Assembly (NCBI GenBank): GCA_020891255.1
Contig: BQFW01000011.1
Span: 62,001 to 126,000, forward strand
DNA from: Entomortierella parvispora E1425
Lineage: Eukaryota > Fungi > Mortierellomycota
DNA: 64,000 nucleotides
Direction of reading: 5' to 3'
Under the pieces are notes generated by a model. That model did not search any database and was not told the origin of the DNA. It saw only the letters and a program-made list of their open reading frames with translations. The translations under genes were made by a program, and so were the position numbers. Positions 36,336 to 47,173 of the stretch are shown here, piece by piece. How positions within the stretch are numbered: position 1 is the first letter of the stretch; every line of letters begins with the position of its first letter.

Positions 36336-37640
36336 TCATCCAAAAGTTCTTCCAGTGATCCCACTTTGGACGGCAAGATTTTTTTCGGATATAATTCCTG
36401 AAAAATAGTTGGCCAGGTGGGTGAGAGCTTCTTCGGCCTCCTTGTTTCCGGTAATAATCAGACTCGCACTACCAGGTAAAAATAGGCCGGTAATTTTGCG
36501 AGTAACTTGAGCAGGGATTGATTCGTCATTCTCGCATGGCATTGTAACGTCGTCCAAATCAAGCGTGATTTTCTTCTCGACGCCAGGTTTCGCCGATGCT
36601 GCAAGGTGTCGAAAAATTTCACTGAATGGGACATCATAAAGTGAAAGTGAAAAGGGCGATTGGCATGAAAGGTACAGATGCGTAGCCGACAAGCGCCGAT
36701 CTTCTCGGTAAATAGGTGTACGGATGACCAAACTTGCTTCGTAACTGACCGTAGGAGAGCATATCGCCCAAGAGAATATGTGGATCCTGTCTCTCACTTT
36801 TAACTAACAGCCTTGTTCTCTCGTTAACCTCGAACCCCTCCGCGCACCGTCCAGGTCCTACCCTGATGTTGCCATTGTAATATCCTTCCGTCACGAGATA
36901 GTTATACGCTCTGACTCCGATCACCAACTTCTTGCTACGTCCGATGTCCGAAGTTTTCACAATTTTCAGTCTACTGTTATACTGAGTTGAGACTGAGTTG
37001 AGCGCCCTTCTGTTGGTATGCTAGACGGGAAAGCATCGAGCGGTTCTGCATGAGGGTCTATCGCGGAGTCACGAAAGTATAATTCAGCACACGTTATTCT
37101 GAAGTAATCCTCGCCTGTAAAAATAACTGCTCCCTGTAGACGCTCCAGTCCATCTTCAGAGCCGTTTTCGATAATAGAGAGATGTTCAGAAGTCAATGGC
37201 CCATGTGTATCTTTGAACCGATCCTCGATATTGGTTATAGTTGCTTTTTTCTCCAGAGAAGAGTTGACTTTTGAAACACCATATCCTTCTGGAAGAATTG
37301 ATTGTAAAAACTCCTGAGCTTCCGTGGATAAAATCATGGGGTATCCATTAATATGATATGGAGCAGCATCGAAGTTGTCCAAGACCGGTCGCAGAATATT
37401 GGAGGGGACAGAGCGACACATCTTCTCCCAGACTGTTGATGGGTCTTCGAGGTCAGAATATAAATCAATCGTTGTGTTAGGATCGCCAACGCCATCTTCT
37501 TCAGCTGCTACTCCTGTGATTTGAATTGGACACTTCTGGCAATGTTGCCTGGCTTTTTTTCTTGCTACGTCTTTATGGCATTTGGGACAAACAACGCGAT
37601 TCTTATCAACATATCCATCATGCAGTAGAGGACGAAACAC
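36336..37640 (-). pseudogene. Uncharacterised gene broken into three overlapping ORFs
   Basis: N-terminal CPKCHKDVARKKARQHCQKC. An 11-bp tandem duplication (ACTGAGTTGAG x2, 36981-37002) explains the first frameshift, and a second shift lies near 36650-36720. Confidence 0.55.
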
Positions 37641-38094
37641 AAGCGCTTCACCGCCTTCAGGAATCGCCAGATCCTAAGAAATCGTACAACTTCAGTATGA
37701 AAGATTTACGTTTGTGCAGTAGTTTTTCGAACAAGGTAAATATCCACCTTTGGCACAATGCAGATATTTTTCTTGCTTATCTGTTCTGGATCTATGGAAA
37801 AGAAGTCCCATCAGTCATGATGTCACGAAGCCTTTGAGCCATCCGTCGAGACGAAAAAAAAAAAAGGAAGAAGCATCTTGATTTGTAGGCCAAGCAAGGC
37901 AAAGAGTGTTGCGAGGAATGAGACAATGAAACAGAAGTAATGAATGAGGTTTCTTAGAGCAGCAAGGTTGTGGCAATAATGGTGGCTAGGACGAGATAAC
38001 AGGCTCAGGGATTGCATAGAGTGATTGGGCTTGGAGTGGGGACTTGTTGGCTATTACAGTGTGATGTGGGCACAGACAACTGGGTGTTCAGTCA

Positions 38095-38260
38095 TGGGTC
38101 AAGACGAAGCGGGCACTTATGAGCCAGGGGTCAAGACGAAAGAAACAATGCGGGTACTTATGAACAATGGGTCAAGACGATGAAACAATGCGAGTACTTT
38201 TGAGCCATTGGGGAGACGAAGAAACAAATAATGCGGGTACTTCTGAGCCATTGCGCTTGC
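38095..38260. repeat. About 40-bp tandem repeat, 4 units
   Basis: GGGTCAAGACGA.GAAACAATGCGGGTACTT.TGAGCCA units. Confidence 0.85.
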
Positions 38261-39186
38261 CTTGACTGCAGGGTTGTAGTCTGCTGGCAGAGGTGGATGT
38301 GTGCTTTCCTCCAAAGCTCATAAGACCTTTCGGACTTGAGTAGCCCTGAATATGCATGAAGGGTGAAGAGGGCGAAGCACAGACTGCATGAAGAGGATAA
38401 GGAGAATCTGTCCTAGCGAACAAAGTGTATATGGGAGGGAAGAAGGGGGGAAAAAAAGTGTTCATTCGCATACCTGGAGGCATTGGATGGTTGAGGTTGC
38501 AATGCAAAGAAAGGCGTCTACCATGACTTGAGGATAACAGAATAATAATGGGTTAAATACGGGGCTTTGGAGGCTGGGACAGGGTCTAAGGTTTATTGTG
38601 AAGGTGAAGGATTGTTTGGGGGGTGATCATTGATGGTGCTAAGGCTTACGGCAGCTTTGGTGCATACTGCAGTTCTCCAAGTCCGAGGAGTGGGGGCTGG
38701 GCGAAAGTGCCAGTGATGCGGGAGGACAGGAGCAGGGGCAAAAACAAAAAGAAAAAGGACAGACATGGGCAAAAAAAAAGGAAAAAGGACAGACATGGGC
38801 AGGGCCTGTCCATTGACCGTTCCATCTATCTCATCTTCTACGCTCTTCCATCTTGCCACCTGCATCCTTCCCATGCACTGGCCTTCCGTTGCTCTTGCGC
38901 CGTCCATCTTGTCGCCTCGATCCTTCTCGACTCTTACATACTCTCGTCTTCTGTGTCAATCTCATCTCTTTCATCGCCCATGATGTCCATGTTACTCTCC
39001 TGTCCAGTTGCATCCCTCAACTCCCACCTCCGCACCTTTTCCGAGACGAGAAGGCGAGAAGGTCAGTTGAGAGTGGACCGAGGTAATAATGGACACAGTC
39101 GACTCTGCTTGGCTTTTTTGGTTTGGAGTGGCAAGATATGGTGCAAGCATCAATGGGCGCTTCTGTCTTTGCATCCTCTTTATTCT

Positions 39187-40228
39187 TCATTCAAGTTGTT
39201 CGTTCATCGACTCGAAGTCTCGCAAATTGTTTTGGGGTTGTGTACACCACACCAGTTTGGGGTCTAGCTTGGGAACTGGTGCTGTTGTGGGTATCTCAAG
39301 TTGTGTAAGAACCTCGTCTTCCGCATCCTCGGAAAGTATGGGTTTTCGTACTGTCATAGCTTGCTGTTGTGTGTGAACCTGTTCTTCAGTATCCTTGGAT
39401 AATTCGGGTTCTGATGCTGCCATGGTTTGCTGCTGTGTCTGGCCCTGCTCTTCGGAATCCTTGGATGGCAATGCATTCCCATGTTCCTCTACAGTTTTTC
39501 GAGTTCGTACTGGTGGTAGGAGAACATACTCCATGATTTCCCTTCTTCTTGGCTCTTGTTTTTTGGACGACTGGTTCAGCAAACCTGTCGCTGACAATAT
39601 CGCCTCCACTTCATTGGTCTGGATCAACTGCTCATCCCCAGGATCTGACGAACTCAAGGGCGCGGGGGTTGGGTCTTCTGGAATTTGTCCTGGGCGTTGA
39701 ACACATTCCATAAAAAATCTCGGTTTCTTTCGACGTTCTCCCTTTTTAAAAGTTGCTGCGTGTCCTTTTCCTCGTTCAACCTGCTGGAGCGAGATATTGA
39801 GTCCATTCGAGCTCATCGACCAACGCTTCGCTGACGTGTCCGTCATCTGCGGTTGGCCGTTGAGGCTTTGTACTTTTCCCTGTTCGCTTTCCTGTACGTC
39901 CCTTTGTACGTTCCCAGCTGCCATTGAGTGGTGAAGGTGGTGGCGGCACATCTCCGTCTTGATTATTCACGTCCTCACCTTGGTCATGTTGCGCGTCATG
40001 AAGAAGCTGGAGGTCCCCGATATCATCAGGGACAACACCCCTGCAACGATACATGGAATGTTGCCCTTGCCATGTGTCTTCATCTTCGGAATCAGGGTAG
40101 AAATTGGCGACATCACGATATTGCTTGCCGGCTTGGCTCCGTTTTCTTCTACCTGGACCGGTCCTTGTCGATTTGTCGTAGACTTCGTTCTCCACTGTTG
40201 GCTTTCGGCTGTCCCTGTACGGGGTCAA
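39187..40228 (-). pseudogene. Low-complexity charged or Q/E-rich protein remnant, paralog of 650-939
   Basis: Two overlapping ORFs (39776-40228 and 39187-39951) share the PSKDSEEQ/SKDTEEQV block with the 757-939 ORF. Confidence 0.5.
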
Positions 40229-40362
40229 AGAGGTGACGATGGCTTCGAAGGGGTCGACACATCTCAGAGATGGGCTTGATCTCTAACACATGGTACATAA
40301 CGTATGCCTGGCCACAACACCCCTCTCTTTCACCCGTTACACTTTGTACCGTATCCATTTCA

Positions 40363-40543
40363 AACATTTCATCAGGAGGGTAAAACTAACCTGTCTCACG
40401 ATGGTTTAAACCCGCTCACGTTCCCTATGAGTGGGCGAACAATCCAACGCTTAGTGAATTCTGCTTCAGTATGATAGAAAGAGCCGACATCGAAGGATCA
40501 AAAAGCAACGTTGTCATGAACGCTTGGATGTCACAGGTCAGTT
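40363..40543 (-). pseudogene. Degenerate 28S rRNA fragment (peptidyl-transferase region)
   Basis: Reverse complement has TTGCTTTTTGATCCTTCGATGTCGGCTCTT, GAAGCAGAATTC, GGGAACGTGAGC and GTGAGACAGGTTAGTTTTACCCT. Confidence 0.95.
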
Positions 40544-41099
40544 CTCTCTTAGACGCTTTTCATGGCAGATGTGCGGTTTTCCTTCGTATTTTCCGACCCG
40601 CCCTGGCCATCTTTTCTTTTTGTCTCTCCCCTTCATTGGTCCCTCCCCTGCAATTCCATTTTTTTGTCACTCCCCTTCCACTTGCAACTTTTATTTTTGC
40701 ACCCTTTTGGTCTTTTCGATAACCTCCTTTGCACCTTAGCTTTGCCCCAGTTAGGAGGGACATCGTCGCAGTGGTTTGCTTTCTCTCTCCTTTTCAACGT
40801 TCTTCATGTATAAAAAGAAGGCCATCTTCTCAAAGTCCAGCTATCACACACATCTGATCCTGAACAGCAAATCACAACTTTGGTGTAAGAACCCTCACAA
40901 GTATCACTACAAGAGCACCACAGACCGCATCAAGAACGCTCACCGGAGGGCTCACAATAACATCTGAACAACCCCCGAACCAACTTGCTTTTCTTGACTG
41001 GACTTTGTAAGGCTATAAGACTTGACTTTCTTGATATAGTTAACGGGTATGAGGGTTTATTACTCAATAACTAACCTATTTTCTTTACGGCAGGCTAAA

Positions 41100-41438
41100 A
41101 TGAGGATATATATACTTTTCGTCTTGGCATATGCCACTGTAGCATTGTGCTGTACCTATGATTTCCCTGATCACATGTGGTGTAATTGTGACTCCAGTTG
41201 TGGTATATCTGAGAATTTGTCTGGTACAGCAGGCCAAGAATCAGCCATCTCCTCCCAATCAAGCCCAGGAGGACCGGGTAGAATTACGTGCAAGTATTCT
41301 GGCGGAAGATCTACATGTAATGGAGATCTAGTTAAGACACAGGCTCTATGTGATGGATCCATCAAAGGTTGCTCATGTTACAGATGTGATCCTGCTGTAG
41401 CGGGGTGTCAACCGAAACTCCTGGGAAGCTGCAAATAA
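41100..41438 (+). CDS. Small secreted cysteine-rich protein (112 aa, 13 Cys)
   Basis: ATG at 41100 just after a probable 5'-UTR intron (GTATGAG..CTAAC..CAG, 41048-41093). Signal-peptide-like MRIYILFVLAYATVALC. Confidence 0.75.
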   Translation: MRIYILFVLAYATVALCCTYDFPDHMWCNCDSSCGISENLSGTAGQESAISSQSSPGGPGRITCKYSGGRSTCNGDLVKTQALCDGSIKGCSCYRCDPAVAGCQPKLLGSCK

Positions 41439-41967
41439 ATTTGGCTATGCCGATGTAGCTGAAACACTCTTTCAGACTGGAAGACTAGACCCATAACAAA
41501 GCCACCACTAGCTCCTTATTTTAGTCTATCTTCTCACTTCAAATACACAACATCTCTTCCTACCTTGCAGTTCGACCCCTACCCAAGATATTCAGCAGTG
41601 CATGGCACTAGGGTGTGTGGTCGAGTCGATTTTTCGACTAATGACAACCAACTCCACCATAGCTAATAGTTAGTCGAGGCGGTTCAAAAAAAGACTAGAC
41701 TAATAAAAGTGCAACAGTACACCAGTAACACGGTGACATCACGCGTCTGATTTGACTGTTGCACGAGGTTATTCGTTTCCAAGGCGGCTGAAATTCCGTA
41801 TTCCAACCTCGCAAAAAATTGCCATCGATGAAATAACTTGGTTTGATCAAGAATATGACTGAAGTCATCTAAGTGGCTTGACATCGATTCACTATCAATT
41901 GGGACCACATAAGTAGAATAGAGACTCGTCGACATCTTTTCCCTCCACTCTTGACTCCTAAGATACA

Positions 41968-42319
41968 ATGTAACCGTCCATTATCCCACTCTGCATTTTA
42001 ATGCCTTGTCTTTGCTTGCACCAACTCACCGCTTCTTTTCTCGTCTTTCACCCTCTGCAGGGGAAATATAATCAGTGCCATCGGTGGATTCATCACTTCT
42101 TGCTTCCAGGCCATCGTTAATGTTCTAACTACCATCGTCAACGGAGTGAGTTATATGTTGCCGATGTTCCATAGCGTGCTCCCCCTTTCAAGTTTATTGA
42201 CAGACTTCAACCTCTTCTAGATAACACGGATTCTCGTCGCCATCTGGAACTTCATCACGTGTGGATGCTGCTCAGGTGGGAGCGGGGGATCAGGCAGAGG
42301 TGGTACAGCAACGACATAG
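41968..42319 (+). CDS. 61-aa amphipathic microprotein, three exons, start codon split by an intron
   Basis: AT(41968-41969) | intron 41970-42060 | 42061-42145 | intron 42146-42220 | 42221-42319 gives MGNIISAIGGFITSCFQAIVNVLTTIVNGITRILVAIWNFITCGCCSGGSGGSGRGGTATT. Confidence 0.75.
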
Positions 42320-42914
42320 CGAGATCTTTTAGTGTTTAAATTTCCGCTTGAGAGACATATCAGATATGCCAGCTATGGCTTGGGAGTAATGACTACAAAC
42401 TTCCCAGCAAATTTCTTGCCTCGTTTATAAATATCTACAAGCAGGATCATCCACACTTCTGAACTGCTTATTGTCTCCGCGTTACTTCCTGCACCCGGCG
42501 TGCTGCCCGGCCCTTTCTTGTTCTGTCTTTTCTTTTATTGCCGCCTGCTACCAACAAGTATATGATCTAACTTGGACACCCACTGCAAAGAACTGTCCCC
42601 TCGAATCTGTACCGCCATATGAGCCACTTTGAACAACCGCTGCAAAAAAAAAAAAAAAAAAAAAAAAAGGCTAAAGGCTTGCAATGGATTCGACACAAAC
42701 TACAGAGAAAGCCCACTGCGCGCCACCAACTCTCGTGACTTGCCACCAACCTTTCGCGCCTTGCCACCAACTTTTCTTCCAGCTAGAGCCACGTCAGTTT
42801 GGCGGCCCAAGGCCCCATCTTGGCATCTTGGCACCAGTGATGGCGTAATGATCATTGGAAGGACCTTTTCAGGTGTGGTTTTCTGATAGTGGCGTTGGGA
42901 ATCTGGTATCTTGG

Positions 42915-43190
42915 GTAGATCTCGAGTATCATGACATCAAAATTGGTCCCCCGTGCTAAAGCCCTGTTAGGTTGGAGGCGTGAGTCGACTTTTCGATTTT
43001 TTTAGGGTCATTTGGGGCCCTTTTTCGGTGGCAAGGTCTGACCCTGGGGCCTTGGTACCTTGGCTCGTAGTAGTCCTCGGTTGCTGCTATCTAATGATAT
43101 CGTCAGAAACCCGGGGTCCTAATCAAGATCTCGAGCATCATGAGATCAAAGTTGGTCTCGAGCGGACCCCCGTGCTTGAGCCATGTAAAC
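42915..43190 (-). repeat. Inverted copy of the family X segment with an internal direct repeat
   Basis: Reverse complement matches 4160-4342 up to GATGTCATGA. AGATCTCGAG.ATCATGA.ATCAAA.TTGGTC occurs twice (about 42917 and 43127). Confidence 0.8.
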
Positions 43191-43471
43191 GAAATGCATT
43201 TTCTTAGCCAAATTATGACGTCGACTTTTTTCTGGTTAACTGATGTCATGCAAAACGCCTTTACTTGATTACCCCTCAAGCAGACTCTATTCTTTGACTA
43301 CGGTTGCTATAGTGGTGGCCCACTGAAAGGATCTTTATGCTGTGTCTGCCTTGTTTGGTTGGCTAAAGACGATGATCAATAAACAGATGTTAGAAATAGT
43401 GCGCTTTGAGAATTTTCAAGTCGAAGCACAAATAGCAGCAGTTTTCTTACGATGTAGAAATTCTTGTGGTC

Positions 43472-43837
43472 TTAAAGCAGCGAACTTAAACGACCCGACA
43501 CAATGCCGCTGGAGTGATCCAACGCACTCAGTAACCCATAGAGAGCCTTTGGCAAATCACCGAGAGTGTTGCCCAAGCCTGAGGCGGTGCCTTGGGCGAT
43601 CGAGCCAACACCATTCGTTACGCTATTTAAAGCTTTACCGGCAGAATCGACTCCAGCTTGTATCTGCTAAGCGGCGTCAGTGAGTTCTTGATCTACACCA
43701 GTAGTAAGAGGAACGAGGGTTCCGAGCACCGGCTTGACAACCCTGTCAACAGAGGGCATTGGTGCTGCCCTTGCGGTGATAATGGCAAAAGAGATGACGA
43801 ATGCCAGAAAAGGGATGTTCAAAGCCGTAATTTTCAT
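43472..43837 (-). CDS. Small secreted Gly/Ser/Leu-rich protein (intron or premature stop near 43670)
   Basis: MKITALNIPFLAFVISFAIITARAAP, then an in-frame TAG preceded by CTGAC (possible branch point and acceptor), then in-frame QIQAGVDSAGKALNSVTNGVGSIAQGTASGLGNTLGDLPKALYGLLSAL...SLL*. Confidence 0.55.
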
Positions 43838-44139
43838 TTTCTGGTATGCAGTTAGTGTAAGTGTGAATGGGAGGTAGGAGTGGCGAGATTCTAATTTGAC
43901 TAAAGAGAAGTTGTGGCTGATGGATAACGAAAAAGTCGGCGAGCAGAGGATTGAGGGAGTTTTATTTCATTTTGGAAGAAGGCATCGCCAGTGAAAATTA
44001 AAGATGCAAATCCATGTTGAGAAGAGGGGCACTCAGACACTCTAAAAAGATCAAGGACAAACCAGACAAGGAATGGGCCCAAAAGATCAAGGATATGGTG
44101 AGAAGGAAAAAAAATGGGGCAACCGAGATGATTAAGGGA

Positions 44140-44280
44140 TGGAAAGATCAAGGGACAACGCCAAAAGACAGCATCAAGGGACAACACTAAGGGACATCAC
44201 CAAGAGACAACATCAAGGGACAGCACCAAGAGATAGCATCAAGGGTCAACATCAAGGGACAATACCAAGAGGGGCCGGAA
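44140..44280. repeat. About 13-bp minisatellite (CAAGGGACAACAY), related tract at 55750-55860
   Basis: Repeated CAAGGGACA/CAAGAGACA words. Confidence 0.75.
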
Positions 44281-44662
44281 AAGAGATCAAGGAATACTGG
44301 TTCAGTACAGTGGCCATATTGTGGCTCTTGCAACGCGTGTCTACAGCTTCTGTGATCCTGTCACTCCTCTCCAACCCCTCCTACTCCAATCCCTGCCACT
44401 CCTACACTCCCACCAATCCCAACATAGTTACAGTGGCCATAGCCAGATAGACACGTATATATACCCCCTCCCTCCAACTCATTAAACATCATTCACTTCT
44501 CTAACTCTGCTTCTCCCTGCCCTTGTCCTTTCCTCGGTCTATTCCTTGAATTCCCCCCGTGTTTACAGCTCTGTTCATCATTTTTAATCTTGTGGGACAA
44601 ATGTGGCTGAGCAAAGCTAGGGGACATTGTCATTTAGAGGCCGTATCTACAAATATGGAGGT

Positions 44663-47173
44663 TTATCCGCTTCGTCGCCTTTTACGCATGACTTCGTTGA
44701 TCTCGTCCTCCCTCCCTTTAGACTCCTTGGTTCTTTGTTGATCAACATCAAGAGATCTGGGTCGCTTTTGAAAGTGCCTTGTGAATGAACTTCTTCGGTG
44801 TCCCAGAAAATCGGGGTCGTCAACGGCTCCTCGATTCATGTTGCAGAAAAGTGTTGGCTTGGCATACCATTCAAACTTTAGAGCAGTTTCCGATCCTTGC
44901 TTTTCTTCATCTTCACTGCAGCTCCTGCAGCTCTTACAATGGAAATTTTCACCCCATTTGATGGCTCGAAACCAGGTTGTGTCGCCGTGCTTAAGGATAC
45001 AGCTCTCGCAACATTTCAACTGACATGGCAGCTTCTGGTAATTGTACTTATTAATACTGGACTTCTTAGTAGTCTTGTGTCGAGGTTGCCTTGGATGCAG
45101 ACAGTGCAGGGTCATCAAGTTCGTTCGAGTAGTCTCGCACTCAGAGCACATTATCTATATGAGGAATAAACTTTTAGTATTAGACCAACTTCTACGGCAA
45201 TCAAAGAATATTCTCCTACCTTTTTCTTGCTACCACCTTTCTCACGTTCACGAAATAAACGGTATCGTGCATAGGCGACTGTTGCTGATGATAGGACCGG
45301 GTCAATCGACGAATGGCACCTAAGTAAAATAAAGAAGTGTAAGTTGGGTAGAGCCCATTCTTGTGATAAGAAAGGCTCACTGCATGATTACTTACTGAAC
45401 ATTCCAAGGCTTGACTATAATTTTTTTTAACCAGCTCAAGGACTTTTGGAGTTCGGCTACTCTCTTGACAGACATCGCAAATAAAGAAATCGGGAAATCC
45501 ATTCGAAAGCATTGGCGTATTACCAAGTCTGACGTATCTCTGTGTGGGCATCCTCTTCCTCTACCAAAGCATTCCATGCAAAGTAGATAGGGCTTCGTTC
45601 TGGGGTGATGCTTGTTTCCACAAACAAGGTGTCGATTCCAGATATCCGCCTGACAGAATGAACAAACTAGAGTCAATGTCTCCCCGCCTTCCACAGTGGC
45701 TGGCTCCTGAAAGATGTGATCATCGGGGAAAGATAGCTGCCGTCTTCCTTCGATATGTTTCACGTCAATCCAATCGTCATACAAGATCCTTCCGAAAGCC
45801 TCAAGACAAACCATAAAGCTCTTCAAAAAAGAGTCTGACCTTTGGAGGTTCAAACGAGGACATCCTTCAAGCACTGCTGCATACACTGCAGCTTTCACTT
45901 TGTACGCTTCCGGACGGGCAATCCTAAAATCAACGCAGCGAGTATCAGTATCAAATAATTACCCGAAAAGTCTGCAAAGATATAAGCATACTCTCGGTAT
46001 CTTGGAAGCACATTTTCGATGGCATTCAGGGCAGTTTTGGGAGTTATCCGGTTCCAAGCGATCCTCACTGTAGCTTTTCCCTATTCTCCAAGACTCGTCA
46101 TCAGTTATCGCCTAACAAATAAAAAAAAGTACGGTATCATAAATATACCTTATTGTACACCTGATGCGGAGCCATTGGAGGAAGAATGACTAAATCGCCT
46201 GGACGTTGATCTACTCTGTAAAAATCGATTCCAGATTCCAACATCTGATCCACTGTGGCAGAGTACTTCTCTTGCTCAAAGAATTTCCCCCAGGAAGCCC
46301 ACGCTCGTTTCACCTTGTCGTAATCTCGAGGTGACGCAATATACCACACTGACGAAGAGTCTGAGGCATACTTTGGTGAGTATCATAACATGGTTATCAA
46401 ACTGAGCAAAAAAATTGTTTCCAGCTGTTTACCTAAGTCTGCCCAAGTCATTATATTGTGGCCAATTGATCCGCAATGATCAAACTGACAGGGCGTCCAA
46501 GATCCATGGCCCCCGATGTAACTCATGAGATTACTGGACGATACTTTCGGGTTCTCCTTAAGCCTCTTGTCTAAAATAAAGCAAATTGTAAGAGAGAGAG
46601 GTACCCTTAAAGTCTACTCATTGAAGTGTCCAACAACCTACTTAGATCAAATGGACCACAGAATGTCAACTCTTCCGGTAGAAGATCCGTCAGAAAATTA
46701 TCCCATGTTTTCGGTATTTGATCTTCATCCTTCCAGTAATATGGGCAGTCCTCTTGTCCCAAAGACCGAAGAAACTCCTTCAGTTTAATGGTCCTGTCTT
46801 CCATTGTAATGTGATCTCGAACAGTGATCGTTCCTATTTCAGTAAACAGTTAACCTTTGTCTCTCTTTTTAACATTCTCATAGACACCATATCACCTACT
46901 GCTCTCATTATGTGTAAAGCGATTGAAATGCCTTGATATCCCGTTCATCGAAAACAGATCCTCGGCTTTATCCTCCCAGATGTCTTCAAGATTCCAATCG
47001 GATATAACAATTGGTAGTTCATCCACCTCAATAGCTCTCCTCACTCTTTCAATCACGTTGTCCCTTGGAAGACTGGCGCTCAAACGCTCTGGGGTCTTGA
47101 AGCCGTGGTCCACATTCTCTCCTGAGCGAGTGGTGCTTAAAGTCTCAAGTAATTCGAAATGGGAGCCGTCCAT
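44663..47173 (-). CDS. Multi-exon JmjC DMM-1-like protein (paralog 2, copy b); open reading frame, first iron His replaced by Gln
   Basis: Exons join in frame: MDGSHFE...ELPIVISDW / YYWKDEDQIP / NLMSYIGGHGSWTPCQFDHCGSIGHNIMTW / SSSVWYIAS...QRPGDLVILPPMAPHQVYNK / RIAWNRITP / CSFCQADIWNRHLVC...YLLCMECFGRGRGC / ATVAYARY / CSECE...CCESC...FHCKSC...NRGAVDD. The last few splice junctions were not fully resolved. Confidence 0.85.
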
